A stretch of 64,000 nt of DNA from an uncultured Alphaproteobacteria bacterium (GTDB lineage Bacteria > Pseudomonadota > Alphaproteobacteria > HIMB59 > GCA-002718135), in contig CACGZD010000001.1 in the NCBI GenBank assembly GCA_902577425.1, positions 318,414 to 382,413 of the forward strand, written 5' to 3'. Below, piece by piece: positions 16,776-25,060 of this stretch. How positions within the stretch are numbered: position 1 is the stretch's first letter; each line of letters begins with the position of its first letter. The notes beneath the pieces were generated by a model, which worked only from the letters and a program-made list of their open reading frames with translations, made no database searches and had not been told where the DNA came from. The translations under genes and the position numbers were made by a program.

Positions 16776-17809
16776 TTGCAGATTTGGATCAACTTGAAGG
16801 ATCTAATCAAACAGAATTAGAAAAAAATGGTGAACATTTTGAGTTCAACGCTCCCGTTACGGAAGCAGTTTCCATTGGTAATACAGTTGTTGTTGGTTTT
16901 GGTGATGGGAAAATAAGATTTTTTAAACCTGATCAAAAACCGCATGATATTCAAGCTCATTCAGGGGTGATTCTTTGTATGGTCAAAGCTGAAGATTATA
17001 TTTTAACCGGAGGTGACGATGGCCGTTTTTTACAAATATCTATGGATGGTGAGATAGAAGAAATTGCTAACTTTGGATCACGGTGGGTTGATTCTGTTGC
17101 TGCATACAAAGGAGACAGAGTTTGTTCCTCTGACAAAGTTGTTTATATCTGGTCGAAAGAAAATGAAAAAAAATCTTTTACGCATCAAAGTACAATTAGC
17201 GGTGTAACCTTCAGTCCTAATGGCAAGCATTTGGCAGTTTCTCGTTACGGAGGTGTCACAGTGTGGAGGCGTGAAAAAAATAAATGGAGTTCTTCAAACT
17301 ATTCATGGAAAGGATCTCATGGTAAAGTAACCTTCAGTCCTAATGGAAAATATCTTGTTACATCAATGCAAGAAAATCAATTACATGGTTGGCGTTTAAA
17401 TGACAAAGCTGATTTAGCAATGTCAGGATATCCTGCAAAAATTAAAAGTTTTAATTGGGTCGGAGACACCCCATACTTAGTAACCTCTGGTGCTAGTGAA
17501 GCTGTTTGTTGGCCATTTGATGGAAAAGAAGGACCAATGGGTCGTAAACCTGTATGCGTAGCCAGTGGTGGTAAACAGTATGCGACATTTGTAGAATCTT
17601 TAACAGAAGAGAATGCTGTCTTTGTTGGTTTTAAAGATGGCTTGGTGTTGTTATCTGAAATTGATGAAAAAAAGAATCCTATTACTATTCGCAATTCAAC
17701 TGGCTCAGAAGTATCAGCAATTGTAGTTTCTGAAACGCGTGCACATATTCTGATTGGTGATATCAAAGGAAATGTGACATGGAGTTCTATCAGGCCACAA
17801 CAAAATTAA
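16772..17809 (+). CDS. WD40/beta-propeller repeat protein, no signal peptide
   Basis: 345 aa with 7-8 blade-like repeats (GDGKIRFF, GGDDGRFL, VVYIWS, GGVTVWR, NQLHGWRL, EAVCWPF, GNVTWSS). The start ATG overlaps the COG0523 stop (ATGA). Confidence 0.75.
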   Translation: MIADLDQLEGSNQTELEKNGEHFEFNAPVTEAVSIGNTVVVGFGDGKIRFFKPDQKPHDIQAHSGVILCMVKAEDYILTGGDDGRFLQISMDGEIEEIANFGSRWVDSVAAYKGDRVCSSDKVVYIWSKENEKKSFTHQSTISGVTFSPNGKHLAVSRYGGVTVWRREKNKWSSSNYSWKGSHGKVTFSPNGKYLVTSMQENQLHGWRLNDKADLAMSGYPAKIKSFNWVGDTPYLVTSGASEAVCWPFDGKEGPMGRKPVCVASGGKQYATFVESLTEENAVFVGFKDGLVLLSEIDEKKNPITIRNSTGSEVSAIVVSETRAHILIGDIKGNVTWSSIRPQQN

Positions 17810-17815
17810 AAAAAA

Positions 17816-18070
17816 ATGTTTAATCGTAAAAAATCAAATGTAGAAAAAATAAGAAATTTAAAATTATTAATTTCTAAAAAATATCATCTATCAGATGCAA
17901 CTATTATAAGTATTGCAGAGCTTGCGTGTCACGAACCAAATTGCCCTCCATTAGAAACAGTTATTACTGCCAGACTAGAAGATGGATCTATAAAAAATTG
18001 GCGTATTGCAAAAGCGATTAGTGAAATAGAAGAGTTTGAGATTAATAATCTAGAGAGTCATACTCACTAA
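17816..18070 (+). CDS. small hypothetical protein with CHEPNCPP motif and C-terminal HTH residues
   Basis: 84 aa, starting 6 nt after the WD40 stop on the same strand. I recognise no family. Confidence 0.5.
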   Translation: MFNRKKSNVEKIRNLKLLISKKYHLSDATIISIAELACHEPNCPPLETVITARLEDGSIKNWRIAKAISEIEEFEINNLESHTH

Positions 18071-18102
18071 ATTTTTAATTTGCTAACTTATTAATTAATA
18101 AT

Positions 18103-18660
18103 CTAATAATAAAAAATTATTTCTGAAACAGAAATATCAGATTCAAAATCTCGACCATACGCAACAATACCAAAAGTTCTAAGATTTTTACCTTCCAAGT
18201 CAAAATTATTAGAAAATCGATGTTTGAAGGAACTTAAAGGCAAATCAATTACTTCCCAATTAGAGTTTGCTATAAAAGTTGAAGAATAATAATCACGGTA
18301 CGATCGAGTTTTATCAGTCCGAATAAAAATATGATAGGTTTCGCCATTACCACTTACATTTAATTTTACACCTTTAATTTTTGTTATATCTTTTTCAAAA
18401 TCAAAAAATGATAAATTAGTACGCAATTGAATAAAACCACCGTTATTTGCTGTGCTTACATTGCCACTAAGTCTTGCAAAAAACATTTCTCCTTCTTGTT
18501 CAAGCACTGCTTGACCTTCAGATACTCCGCCCATGGTTCTATCACTAATATATTGCCAGTATTTTCCACTATCTTTGGTAAATGGTATCTTAATATCCTT
18601 TTCTGTAGCAAAACTTAAGCCACTAAAAGTTAATAATACTAAAATTAATAATCTTTTCAT
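18103..18660 (-). CDS. secreted CIA30-domain (complex I intermediate-associated protein 30-like) protein
   Basis: 185 aa with a signal peptide (MKRLLILVLLTFSGLSFA). The pattern W..ISDRTMGGVS...G.VS...NGGFIQLR...G.KL.VSGNG.TY.IFIRT...W..I.LPLSSF matches the CIA30 family layout as I remember it. Confidence 0.55.
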   Translation of the reverse strand: MKRLLILVLLTFSGLSFATEKDIKIPFTKDSGKYWQYISDRTMGGVSEGQAVLEQEGEMFFARLSGNVSTANNGGFIQLRTNLSFFDFEKDITKIKGVKLNVSGNGETYHIFIRTDKTRSYRDYYSSTFIANSNWEVIDLPLSSFKHRFSNNFDLEGKNLRTFGIVAYGRDFESDISVSEIIFYY

Positions 18661-18726
18661 AAAATTTGTAATATCATTGAAAAATTAATTTATTAACAAT
18701 TTATTCTAGATCAAAAGCATCAACTT

Positions 18727-18924
18727 ATGATATATATATTTAATTATATGAAATACATAACTGTAGTAATGGGTATAGTTCTTCTAATAGCTGTATATAG
18801 TTCAGTAATTTTTTCGGATAAATATGCAGTTTTAGGGCATGGGTATCCGCAAGAAAAAGTAACAGATATTAGGCACACTGTATTTTCTGGAGTTAGAGTA
18901 TCTCATTCATCTCATAAACATTAA
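18727..18924 (+). CDS. possible small membrane protein (one TM helix, His-rich C-terminus HSSHKH)
   Basis: 65-aa ORF with a likely start at the internal MKYITVV. The only support is the hydrophobic helix and the otherwise empty intergenic space. Confidence 0.25.
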   Translation: MIYIFNYMKYITVVMGIVLLIAVYSSVIFSDKYAVLGHGYPQEKVTDIRHTVFSGVRVSHSSHKH

Positions 18925-18969
18925 GATAAGTTATTTAAATCTCTAATTAATTTAAATAAATAGAATAAA

Positions 18970-19386
18970 TTAATACTGCGGTTTAACGGTTATTAATTTT
19001 TCATCAATCCACGAGGTTATTCCATTTTTTGCATTATAAATAACATTATCAAAATTTTTTATTTCCATCATTTTGGCAATTATCGCAGTTCTTCTTCCCG
19101 TTCTACAAATTAAGATTATTGGTTTACCTTCATCTATTTCTAAACGTAATTTTTCATACCATTCATCATAATTATATTTTCCTTCTTTATCAAAAAAGGT
19201 TAGCAGAATGCTCTCTGGAACAACTCCTGTTTGGTCCCATTCAGAACTTCTTCTTATATCTATAATTGGAATATTGGTTTTTGATAATTCTATAATTTGC
19301 TCATTATTTACATCGACAATTTTTGCAAATGCAAATTTCATAGTTAATAAAAAAACTATAAATATTATACAAAATCTAATTAACAT
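18970..19386 (-). CDS. rhodanese-domain sulfurtransferase, exported or membrane-anchored
   Basis: 138 aa with an N-terminal hydrophobic segment and the active-site loop ILICRTGRRT. Confidence 0.75.
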   Translation of the reverse strand: MLIRFCIIFIVFLLTMKFAFAKIVDVNNEQIIELSKTNIPIIDIRRSSEWDQTGVVPESILLTFFDKEGKYNYDEWYEKLRLEIDEGKPIILICRTGRRTAIIAKMMEIKNFDNVIYNAKNGITSWIDEKLITVKPQY

Positions 19387-19561
19387 TATATTTTACCTTT
19401 CTTAAAAAATACTACTGAATCAAATAAGAATCAATCTTAATCTATTTTGAATTGTTTGATTCTTTTTGGATTCCTCAACGACAAACTTTCCTATTATCCC
19501 ATGTAATTTCATATTACTATTTACTTAGAAAGATAAGAATATATTAGAGAACTTGAACAAA

Positions 19562-19646
19562 GGGAGTATGGCGGAACTGGTAGACGCGCCGGATTCAAAA
19601 TCCGGTCACTTCGGTGGTGTGGGTTCGATTCCCTCTACTCCTACCA
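19562..19646 (+). tRNA. tRNA-Leu (anticodon CAA), class II with long variable arm, CCA encoded
   Basis: Acceptor stem GGGAGTA/TACTCCT with a G1-U72 wobble. Anticodon stem-loop is CCGGA-TTCAAAA-TCCGG. The variable arm is GGTCACTTCGGTGGT and the T-loop is GGGTTCGATTCCC. One U-U mismatch sits in the T stem. Confidence 0.9.
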
Positions 19647-19654
19647 TTTAGAAA

Positions 19655-20239
19655 ATGAATATTTTACGAAAACTATATGACTGGACTATTGAAAAATCTA
19701 AAAGTCCTAAAGCAGTTTGGTTTTTAAGTTTAGTGTCTTTTACTGAAAGTTCTATTTTTCCTATTCCTCCAGACATTATTCTAATCCCAATGATTATTGC
19801 AAAAAGAATAAATGCATTTTTTTATGCTTTAGTCTGTACAATAAGTTCTGTAATTGGTGGAGTCATAGGGTATTGCATAGGCTTTTTCTTTTTTAATAGC
19901 CTAGGTATATTAATTATAAATTATTATGGACTTCAAAATCAATTTAATAATTTTGAACAATATTATCAACTTTTTGGAATATGGCTTGTTCTTGGAGCAG
20001 GTTTTACACCTTTTCCATTTAAATTTATAACTATTGCAAGTGGTTTTTTTGGCTTTAATATTTTTATATTTATTTTAGCCTCTCTAATTGCAAGGGGATT
20101 AAGGTTTTATATACTTGCATTTTTATTAAAGATTTATGGTCAAACTATTGAAAAGTTAATTGATAAATATTTTAATTTTCTAGCAATTTTATTTTTTATT
20201 TTATTAATTGGCTTTATATTAATAATTAAATTTTTATGA
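19655..20239 (+). CDS. YqaA/DedA-like (VTT domain) inner membrane protein
   Basis: 194 aa and polytopic. The N-terminal pattern WFLSLVSFTESSIFPIPPDIILIPM is typical of the COG1238 family. Confidence 0.65.
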   Translation: MNILRKLYDWTIEKSKSPKAVWFLSLVSFTESSIFPIPPDIILIPMIIAKRINAFFYALVCTISSVIGGVIGYCIGFFFFNSLGILIINYYGLQNQFNNFEQYYQLFGIWLVLGAGFTPFPFKFITIASGFFGFNIFIFILASLIARGLRFYILAFLLKIYGQTIEKLIDKYFNFLAILFFILLIGFILIIKFL

Positions 20240-20727
20240 TCTATATTGATAAAAACTGGTCTTTAGTACTTTTTTGCTTTAGCATATTAACTTTGGGTAG
20301 CGCATTAATAGCTGAACATTTTTTTAACTTAGCTCCCTGTGATATGTGTTTAAAGCAAAGACATCCATATTATGCTTTAATAATATTAGTTGTCTTGTTT
20401 TATTTATTTAAAAAAAATAATCATATTTTATTTTTACTTTTGGTAGAACTTTTAATTTTATATGGTTTGTTTTATGCTATTTGGCATGTAGGCATAGAAC
20501 AAAATATTTTAAAGGGCCCAGCTAGTTGTTCTGGGTCTCTCTTGCAAACAGACTCAGTTCAAGATTTAAAGCAACAAATCACTAATAAACCAGTAATTAA
20601 TTGCTCTGATATAATTTGGTCTATTGGAGGCTTATCAGCAGCTACCATAAATTCAATTTTACAACTTTTCATTTTGATTTTTAATACTATATTTATTATT
20701 AGGTATTTTAATGGCATTAAGAACTAA
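20236..20727 (+). CDS. dsbB: disulfide bond formation protein B
   Basis: 163 aa with four TM segments. The first Cys pair is in CDMCLKQRHPYY and a second periplasmic Cys pair follows (C98, C123). The ATGA overlaps the upstream gene. Confidence 0.75.
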   Translation: MIYIDKNWSLVLFCFSILTLGSALIAEHFFNLAPCDMCLKQRHPYYALIILVVLFYLFKKNNHILFLLLVELLILYGLFYAIWHVGIEQNILKGPASCSGSLLQTDSVQDLKQQITNKPVINCSDIIWSIGGLSAATINSILQLFILIFNTIFIIRYFNGIKN

Positions 20728-21289
20728 AAAGAAAAAAAAGCAGTCAAAAAAATCTAGAAATTCAAAAATTAAAACTGATCGTTCTATATTAGAGGAGATT
20801 ATTCGAGTTGATCATGCTGGTGAATATGGAGCTACAAGAATCTATGATGGTCAAATTGCAGTTTTTGGCAAAAATTCTAAAATTGGAAAAACTATTCAAC
20901 ACATGGCTGATCAAGAACAAGAACATATTCAAAAATTTGAAGAATTAATTGTAAAAAATAGGGTTCGCCCTACTGCTCTAATGCCTGTCTGGAATGTTGC
21001 GGGCTATGCTTTAGGTGTTTCTACAGCTTTACTTGGAGAAAAAGCTGCTATGGCTTGCACTGTTGCCGTAGAAACAGTAATCGGAAATCATTACGGAGAA
21101 CAATTATCTCTTTTAGAAGATGATCAAAAAGAACTAAAAAAAACTATTAAAAGATTTAAAGCAGATGAACTAGAACATCATGATATTGGGATTGCACATG
21201 ATGCTGAAAAGACGCCGGGCTATAAAGTGTTGAGCAAAGTTATTGAACTTGGATGTAAAACTGCAATTGAAATTTCAAAAAAAATTTAA
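20711..21289 (+). CDS. coq7: demethoxyubiquinone hydroxylase (di-iron carboxylate, Coq7 family)
   Basis: 192 aa with RVDHAGEYGA, DQEQEH and ADELEHH di-iron motifs. It overlaps the dsbB end by 17 nt. Confidence 0.85.
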   Translation: MALRTKKKKKQSKKSRNSKIKTDRSILEEIIRVDHAGEYGATRIYDGQIAVFGKNSKIGKTIQHMADQEQEHIQKFEELIVKNRVRPTALMPVWNVAGYALGVSTALLGEKAAMACTVAVETVIGNHYGEQLSLLEDDQKELKKTIKRFKADELEHHDIGIAHDAEKTPGYKVLSKVIELGCKTAIEISKKI

Positions 21290-21840
21290 TTCTGTAATTC
21301 TGTGTCCCAATACAAGTAGTCACGCCAGCTTTCATGTAAAAAATTAGGGGGAAAATTTCTACCATTATTTTGTAACTGAATAGATGTAGGTCGAGAGGGT
21401 TGTTTTAACAATTTCATATCAGTAAATTTTAATAAACGTCTTCCTTTTTTTAAATTACAACTCGTACAAGCTGATACAACATTATTCCATGTTGTTTGAC
21501 CATTTAAGCATCTTGGAATTAAATGATCGAAGGTTAATTCATTAGCTGAAAAATGGGTATGGCAATATTGACATGTAAAATTATCTCTTAAAAAAACATT
21601 AAAACGTGTAAATGCAGGTTTGCGTTGAGGCATTACATAATCTTTTAGCGCAATAACACTAGGAAGATTAAAGCTTATTGAAGGCGAGTTTACTTTTTGA
21701 TCATATCTTTCAACAACAGATACACGTTCGGAAAAAACTAATCTGATTGTATCTTGCCACGAACATAATGATAAAGGATAATAAGAAAGAGGACGAAAAT
21801 CCGCATTTAAAACTAATGATGGGTTTCCTGTCATATTCAT
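21286..21840 (-). CDS. HNH endonuclease family protein
   Basis: 184 aa with CQYC...FDHLIPRCLNGQTTWNNVVSACTSCNLKKG (HNH with zinc-finger Cys pairs). Confidence 0.8.
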   Translation of the reverse strand: MNMTGNPSLVLNADFRPLSYYPLSLCSWQDTIRLVFSERVSVVERYDQKVNSPSISFNLPSVIALKDYVMPQRKPAFTRFNVFLRDNFTCQYCHTHFSANELTFDHLIPRCLNGQTTWNNVVSACTSCNLKKGRRLLKFTDMKLLKQPSRPTSIQLQNNGRNFPPNFLHESWRDYLYWDTELQN

Positions 21841-21893
21841 ATTAAGTTTCTCCTATTATATTGATACATATATAATATTAAAATTTAAATACT

Positions 21894-22574
21894 TCATAGA
21901 TTTTTTTTTATAAATTTTTGCAATAAATTTATTGCTTTAGGTGAAATTGTGTGGCTGTCGTCTTCTAATAAATGTTTTTCAAAAAAAAAGTTATTTTCTT
22001 TTAAATAATTACAAGAACTATAAAAATTATCTATATTTAAAACATCATCATTATCTCCATGAGATATAAAAAGTGGGGTTTTTAAAAATTTGAGATTTGT
22101 TGGGGGTTCATTTGTCATTATTCTACCTGATAATATTGCTAATCCTCCTAATTGTTCTTCTGAATAATCACCAAGCTCAAAAGTCATCATACCACCTTGT
22201 GAAAAGCCAACAACAAAACAATCTGAAAATTTTAATTTATATTTATCTTTAATTATATTAATTGAATTGAAAATTTTCTTAGTTGAAATTCGTATTTCTG
22301 AGCGAACAATTTCGATTTCTTCTGGTCCTGCATCACTTATATAAATGTTGTTAGGATATAGATTAAACCATTCTCTTCCTGTTGGATAATTTGCAATTAA
22401 ATTAGGAGCATTTAAAGCAATATAATGAGCATTGAGTTCTTCATGATTAAAATTTCCAGCAATATGAATAAAATTATCAGCATTGTCACCATAACCATGA
22501 AGAAGAAAAATTAACTTTTTAGGTTTTTCAGTAGGGCAAAATGAAGGTCCTTCTAAGATTTCTGTATTTTCCAT
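21894..22574 (-). CDS. phospholipase/carboxylesterase family alpha/beta hydrolase
   Basis: 226 aa with LLHGYGDN, the nucleophile elbow GFSQGG, and a C-terminal Asp/His (HGDNDDV, DSHTI). Confidence 0.75.
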   Translation of the reverse strand: MENTEILEGPSFCPTEKPKKLIFLLHGYGDNADNFIHIAGNFNHEELNAHYIALNAPNLIANYPTGREWFNLYPNNIYISDAGPEEIEIVRSEIRISTKKIFNSINIIKDKYKLKFSDCFVVGFSQGGMMTFELGDYSEEQLGGLAILSGRIMTNEPPTNLKFLKTPLFISHGDNDDVLNIDNFYSSCNYLKENNFFFEKHLLEDDSHTISPKAINLLQKFIKKNL

Positions 22575-22741
22575 GTCTATGTGATAATCTAGATTTATTA
22601 AATATCAATAAATTCATTTCTTTAATTTTAAATATCAAATTAGAAACTTTGTTTTAAATTCATCACTTACCAGAAAACTAGGATTTTTTATTACAGTCTA
22701 GAAATAATTAAATTTTTAAGTATAAGATCTTTGAGGTTTAT

Positions 22742-22924
22742 ATGGGTATACATTTTAATCATAAATCAAAAGCCGGCGATAGAAAAATGCAAAAAGAGCT
22801 TAAATTAAAAATGAAAGCTGAAGAACGCAAGAAAAAGAGAGAAGAAAAAGAGCGGCTTGAACAAGAAGAAGAAATGCGCAAATTAGAGGAATTAACTAGG
22901 CCTGATAAACCCCCTGTAGAATAA
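22742..22924 (+). CDS. possible small Lys/Glu-rich protein
   Basis: 60-aa ORF of low complexity (KAEERKKKREEKERLEQEEEMRK). It occupies an otherwise empty 365-bp gap. I recognise no family. Confidence 0.3.
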   Translation: MGIHFNHKSKAGDRKMQKELKLKMKAEERKKKREEKERLEQEEEMRKLEELTRPDKPPVE

Positions 22925-22939
22925 ATATCTTTTTTTAAT

Positions 22940-23752
22940 TTATTCTGCTGGATGATTTTTTCGTATAAATTTTTTTAAAATTGCCAAAGATTTATCTGCC
23001 TCTTCAAGTAATATCATATGGCCACAGTTCTCTATGATTTCTACTTCAGAACCCGTAATATTATCAGCTAATTTTTTACCTTCTTTTACAGGACACATTC
23101 TATCTCTATCACCAAGAATATTAATGGCTGGACATTTTATTTTTTTAGCAGCTTCAAAACCATTTTTATAATTGTCGCATGCCCTAAAATCAACACCCAA
23201 AGCATTTTTAACTGAGCCGTTAATTACAATTGATCCGCCAAGATTTATATGATGAAGACCAGGTACTGGATGGCCACCAAAATGGCCAGCAGGACCATGA
23301 GCCCAATCCATCATAAGATCAACTGCTTTTGGATCTCCCTTTTCAGCTAATTCTAATAGTTCAGGATTCATAGGAATAGCACCTGCTCCGCCCATTAAAC
23401 CGATAGATTTTATTTTATCTGGAAACTGTGAAGCACATTCCATTACTACTAGGCATCCTTGTGAATGACCAACAAGAGAAGCTTCTTTTACTCCAACAGA
23501 ATCAATTACATCTGAAATCCACTTGCCTTGTTCTTCAATAGATTCTAGTGCAGGGCCCTCAGAGTATCCGTGACCAGGAAGATCAATTGCCAAAACACTA
23601 TAACCATGAAATGCAAAATATCGGGTTTGTAAAACCCATGTAATATGACTTAATCCACTCCCATGAATAAAAATAATAAGGGGTTTTTGTTTATCAAATG
23701 GTCTTCCACCTGTAGAAGCAAAAACCTCTTTTTTATTTACTGAAAACTTCAT
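22940..23752 (-). CDS. alpha/beta hydrolase fold protein
   Basis: 270 aa with HGSG, the nucleophile elbow GHSQG and a C-terminal CGHM. The start overlaps the metY stop by 4 nt. Confidence 0.75.
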   Translation of the reverse strand: MKFSVNKKEVFASTGGRPFDKQKPLIIFIHGSGLSHITWVLQTRYFAFHGYSVLAIDLPGHGYSEGPALESIEEQGKWISDVIDSVGVKEASLVGHSQGCLVVMECASQFPDKIKSIGLMGGAGAIPMNPELLELAEKGDPKAVDLMMDWAHGPAGHFGGHPVPGLHHINLGGSIVINGSVKNALGVDFRACDNYKNGFEAAKKIKCPAINILGDRDRMCPVKEGKKLADNITGSEVEIIENCGHMILLEEADKSLAILKKFIRKNHPAE

Positions 23753-25059
23753 TTATTTGCTACTAATCTTGGTTTTTTAGCAGCTCTAAAACCATCTTCA
23801 AAATCATTAATAATATCATCAATATCTTCAATTCCTACAGAAAGCCTAATCATATCATGAGACATATTTGCTAATTTTAAAGTAGCTTCATCCATTTGAG
23901 AATGAGTAGCTGATGCAGGATGTATTACAAGAGTTCTTGTATCTCCAACATTAGCTAAATGAGAAGCAAGTTTAACATTATCTATAAATGCAGCTCCGGC
24001 TTCTTTACCTCCCTTAATGCCAAAAGCAATCATAGAACCAGTACCCTTAGGAAGAAGAGTTTTAGCTAGCTCATAATCAGGATTATCTTTTAGGCTTGCA
24101 TGAGAAACCCAAGCAACACTCTCGTGATTACTTAAATATTCAACCATTTTTAATGCATTTGAACAATGCTTTTCCATTCTAACTGATAATGTTTCAATGC
24201 CTTGTAAAACATTCCATGCATTTTGAGGGCTTAAGCATGGGCCCATATCTCTCATTCCTTCAGCTCTAGCTTTCATTGTAAAAGCGACTGGCCCAAACTC
24301 TTCAGCAAAAGATAAACCATGGTAACCTTCATATGGTTCAGTCATAGTAGGAAATTTGTCAGTTTTTAACCAATCAAATTTTCCACCTTCTACTAAAATT
24401 CCTGCCATAGATGATCCATGACCAGCCATCCATTTAGTTAGAGAATGAACTACGATATCTGCCCCGTGTTCTAATGGTTTAAACAAATAAGGAGTTTGAT
24501 AAGTACTATCAATGATTACAGGAATTCCAGCCTCATTAGCTATTTTAACTATTTCAGGCATATTCATTAATTCATTACCTGGATTACCTACTAGTTCACC
24601 AAAAATACATTTGGTATTTTCTTGAATAGCTTTTTTAAAACCTTCTGTATCTCTAGGTTTAACAAAAGTAGCTTTGATACCAAACTTAGGAAGAGTTAAA
24701 CGAAAAAGATTTACTGTGCCTCCATATAATTGAGAAGAAACAACAACATGATCTCCAGTATTACACAAAGTCATAATAGCCAAAAATATTGCGCTCATAC
24801 CTGATGCTGTTGCTAATGCAGCAGTACCACCTTCTAATGCAGCAACACGTTCTTCTAAAACTTGAACAGTCGGATTTGAAATTCTACTATATATATGGCC
24901 TCCCTGCTCTAAATTAAATAAAGCTGCAGCATGATCAACATCATCAAACAAATAAGATGTTGTTTGATAAATAGGCACTTGTCTTGAGCCTGCATTCTTG
25001 CTTGGCATATAACCGCCATGCAAACTAATAGTATCGAATTTGTAAGTTTTTGGATCCAT
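23749..25059 (-). CDS. metY: O-acetylhomoserine sulfhydrylase (aminocarboxypropyltransferase), PLP-dependent
   Basis: 436 aa, Cys/Met-metabolism PLP family, with the HSLTKWMAGHG lysine motif. It is colinear with MetY/MetZ-type enzymes. Confidence 0.85.
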   Translation of the reverse strand: MDPKTYKFDTISLHGGYMPSKNAGSRQVPIYQTTSYLFDDVDHAAALFNLEQGGHIYSRISNPTVQVLEERVAALEGGTAALATASGMSAIFLAIMTLCNTGDHVVVSSQLYGGTVNLFRLTLPKFGIKATFVKPRDTEGFKKAIQENTKCIFGELVGNPGNELMNMPEIVKIANEAGIPVIIDSTYQTPYLFKPLEHGADIVVHSLTKWMAGHGSSMAGILVEGGKFDWLKTDKFPTMTEPYEGYHGLSFAEEFGPVAFTMKARAEGMRDMGPCLSPQNAWNVLQGIETLSVRMEKHCSNALKMVEYLSNHESVAWVSHASLKDNPDYELAKTLLPKGTGSMIAFGIKGGKEAGAAFIDNVKLASHLANVGDTRTLVIHPASATHSQMDEATLKLANMSHDMIRLSVGIEDIDDIINDFEDGFRAAKKPRLVANK

Positions 25060-25060
25060 T

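Noticed and set aside
19525-19535. The 11-mer TTAGAAAGATA is shared between the tRNA-Leu upstream region and the atpC/rppH spacer (45343-45353). That spacer also holds a 10-bp inverted repeat (45343-45352 with 45397-45406)
   Set aside because: With this base composition, one chance repeat of such an AT-rich 11-mer in 128 kb of two-strand sequence is not surprising (rough expectation a few tenths). 10-bp inverted repeats allowing 0-100 nt spacers are expected many times per window.
19387-19700. tRNA-Leu as an integration hotspot for a genomic island
   Set aside because: There is no integrase on either side. I could not find a direct repeat of the tRNA 3' end downstream by eye. The following genes (yqaA-like, dsbB, coq7) are core functions.
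21286-21840. HNH endonuclease as a possible defence-system or mobile-element component
   Set aside because: It is a single gene with no adjacent methylase, helicase, ATPase, toxin/antitoxin, integrase or flanking repeats. Its neighbours are housekeeping genes (coq7, carboxylesterase). A roughly 185-aa stand-alone HNH protein of this layout looks like a conserved chromosomal gene rather than an island.
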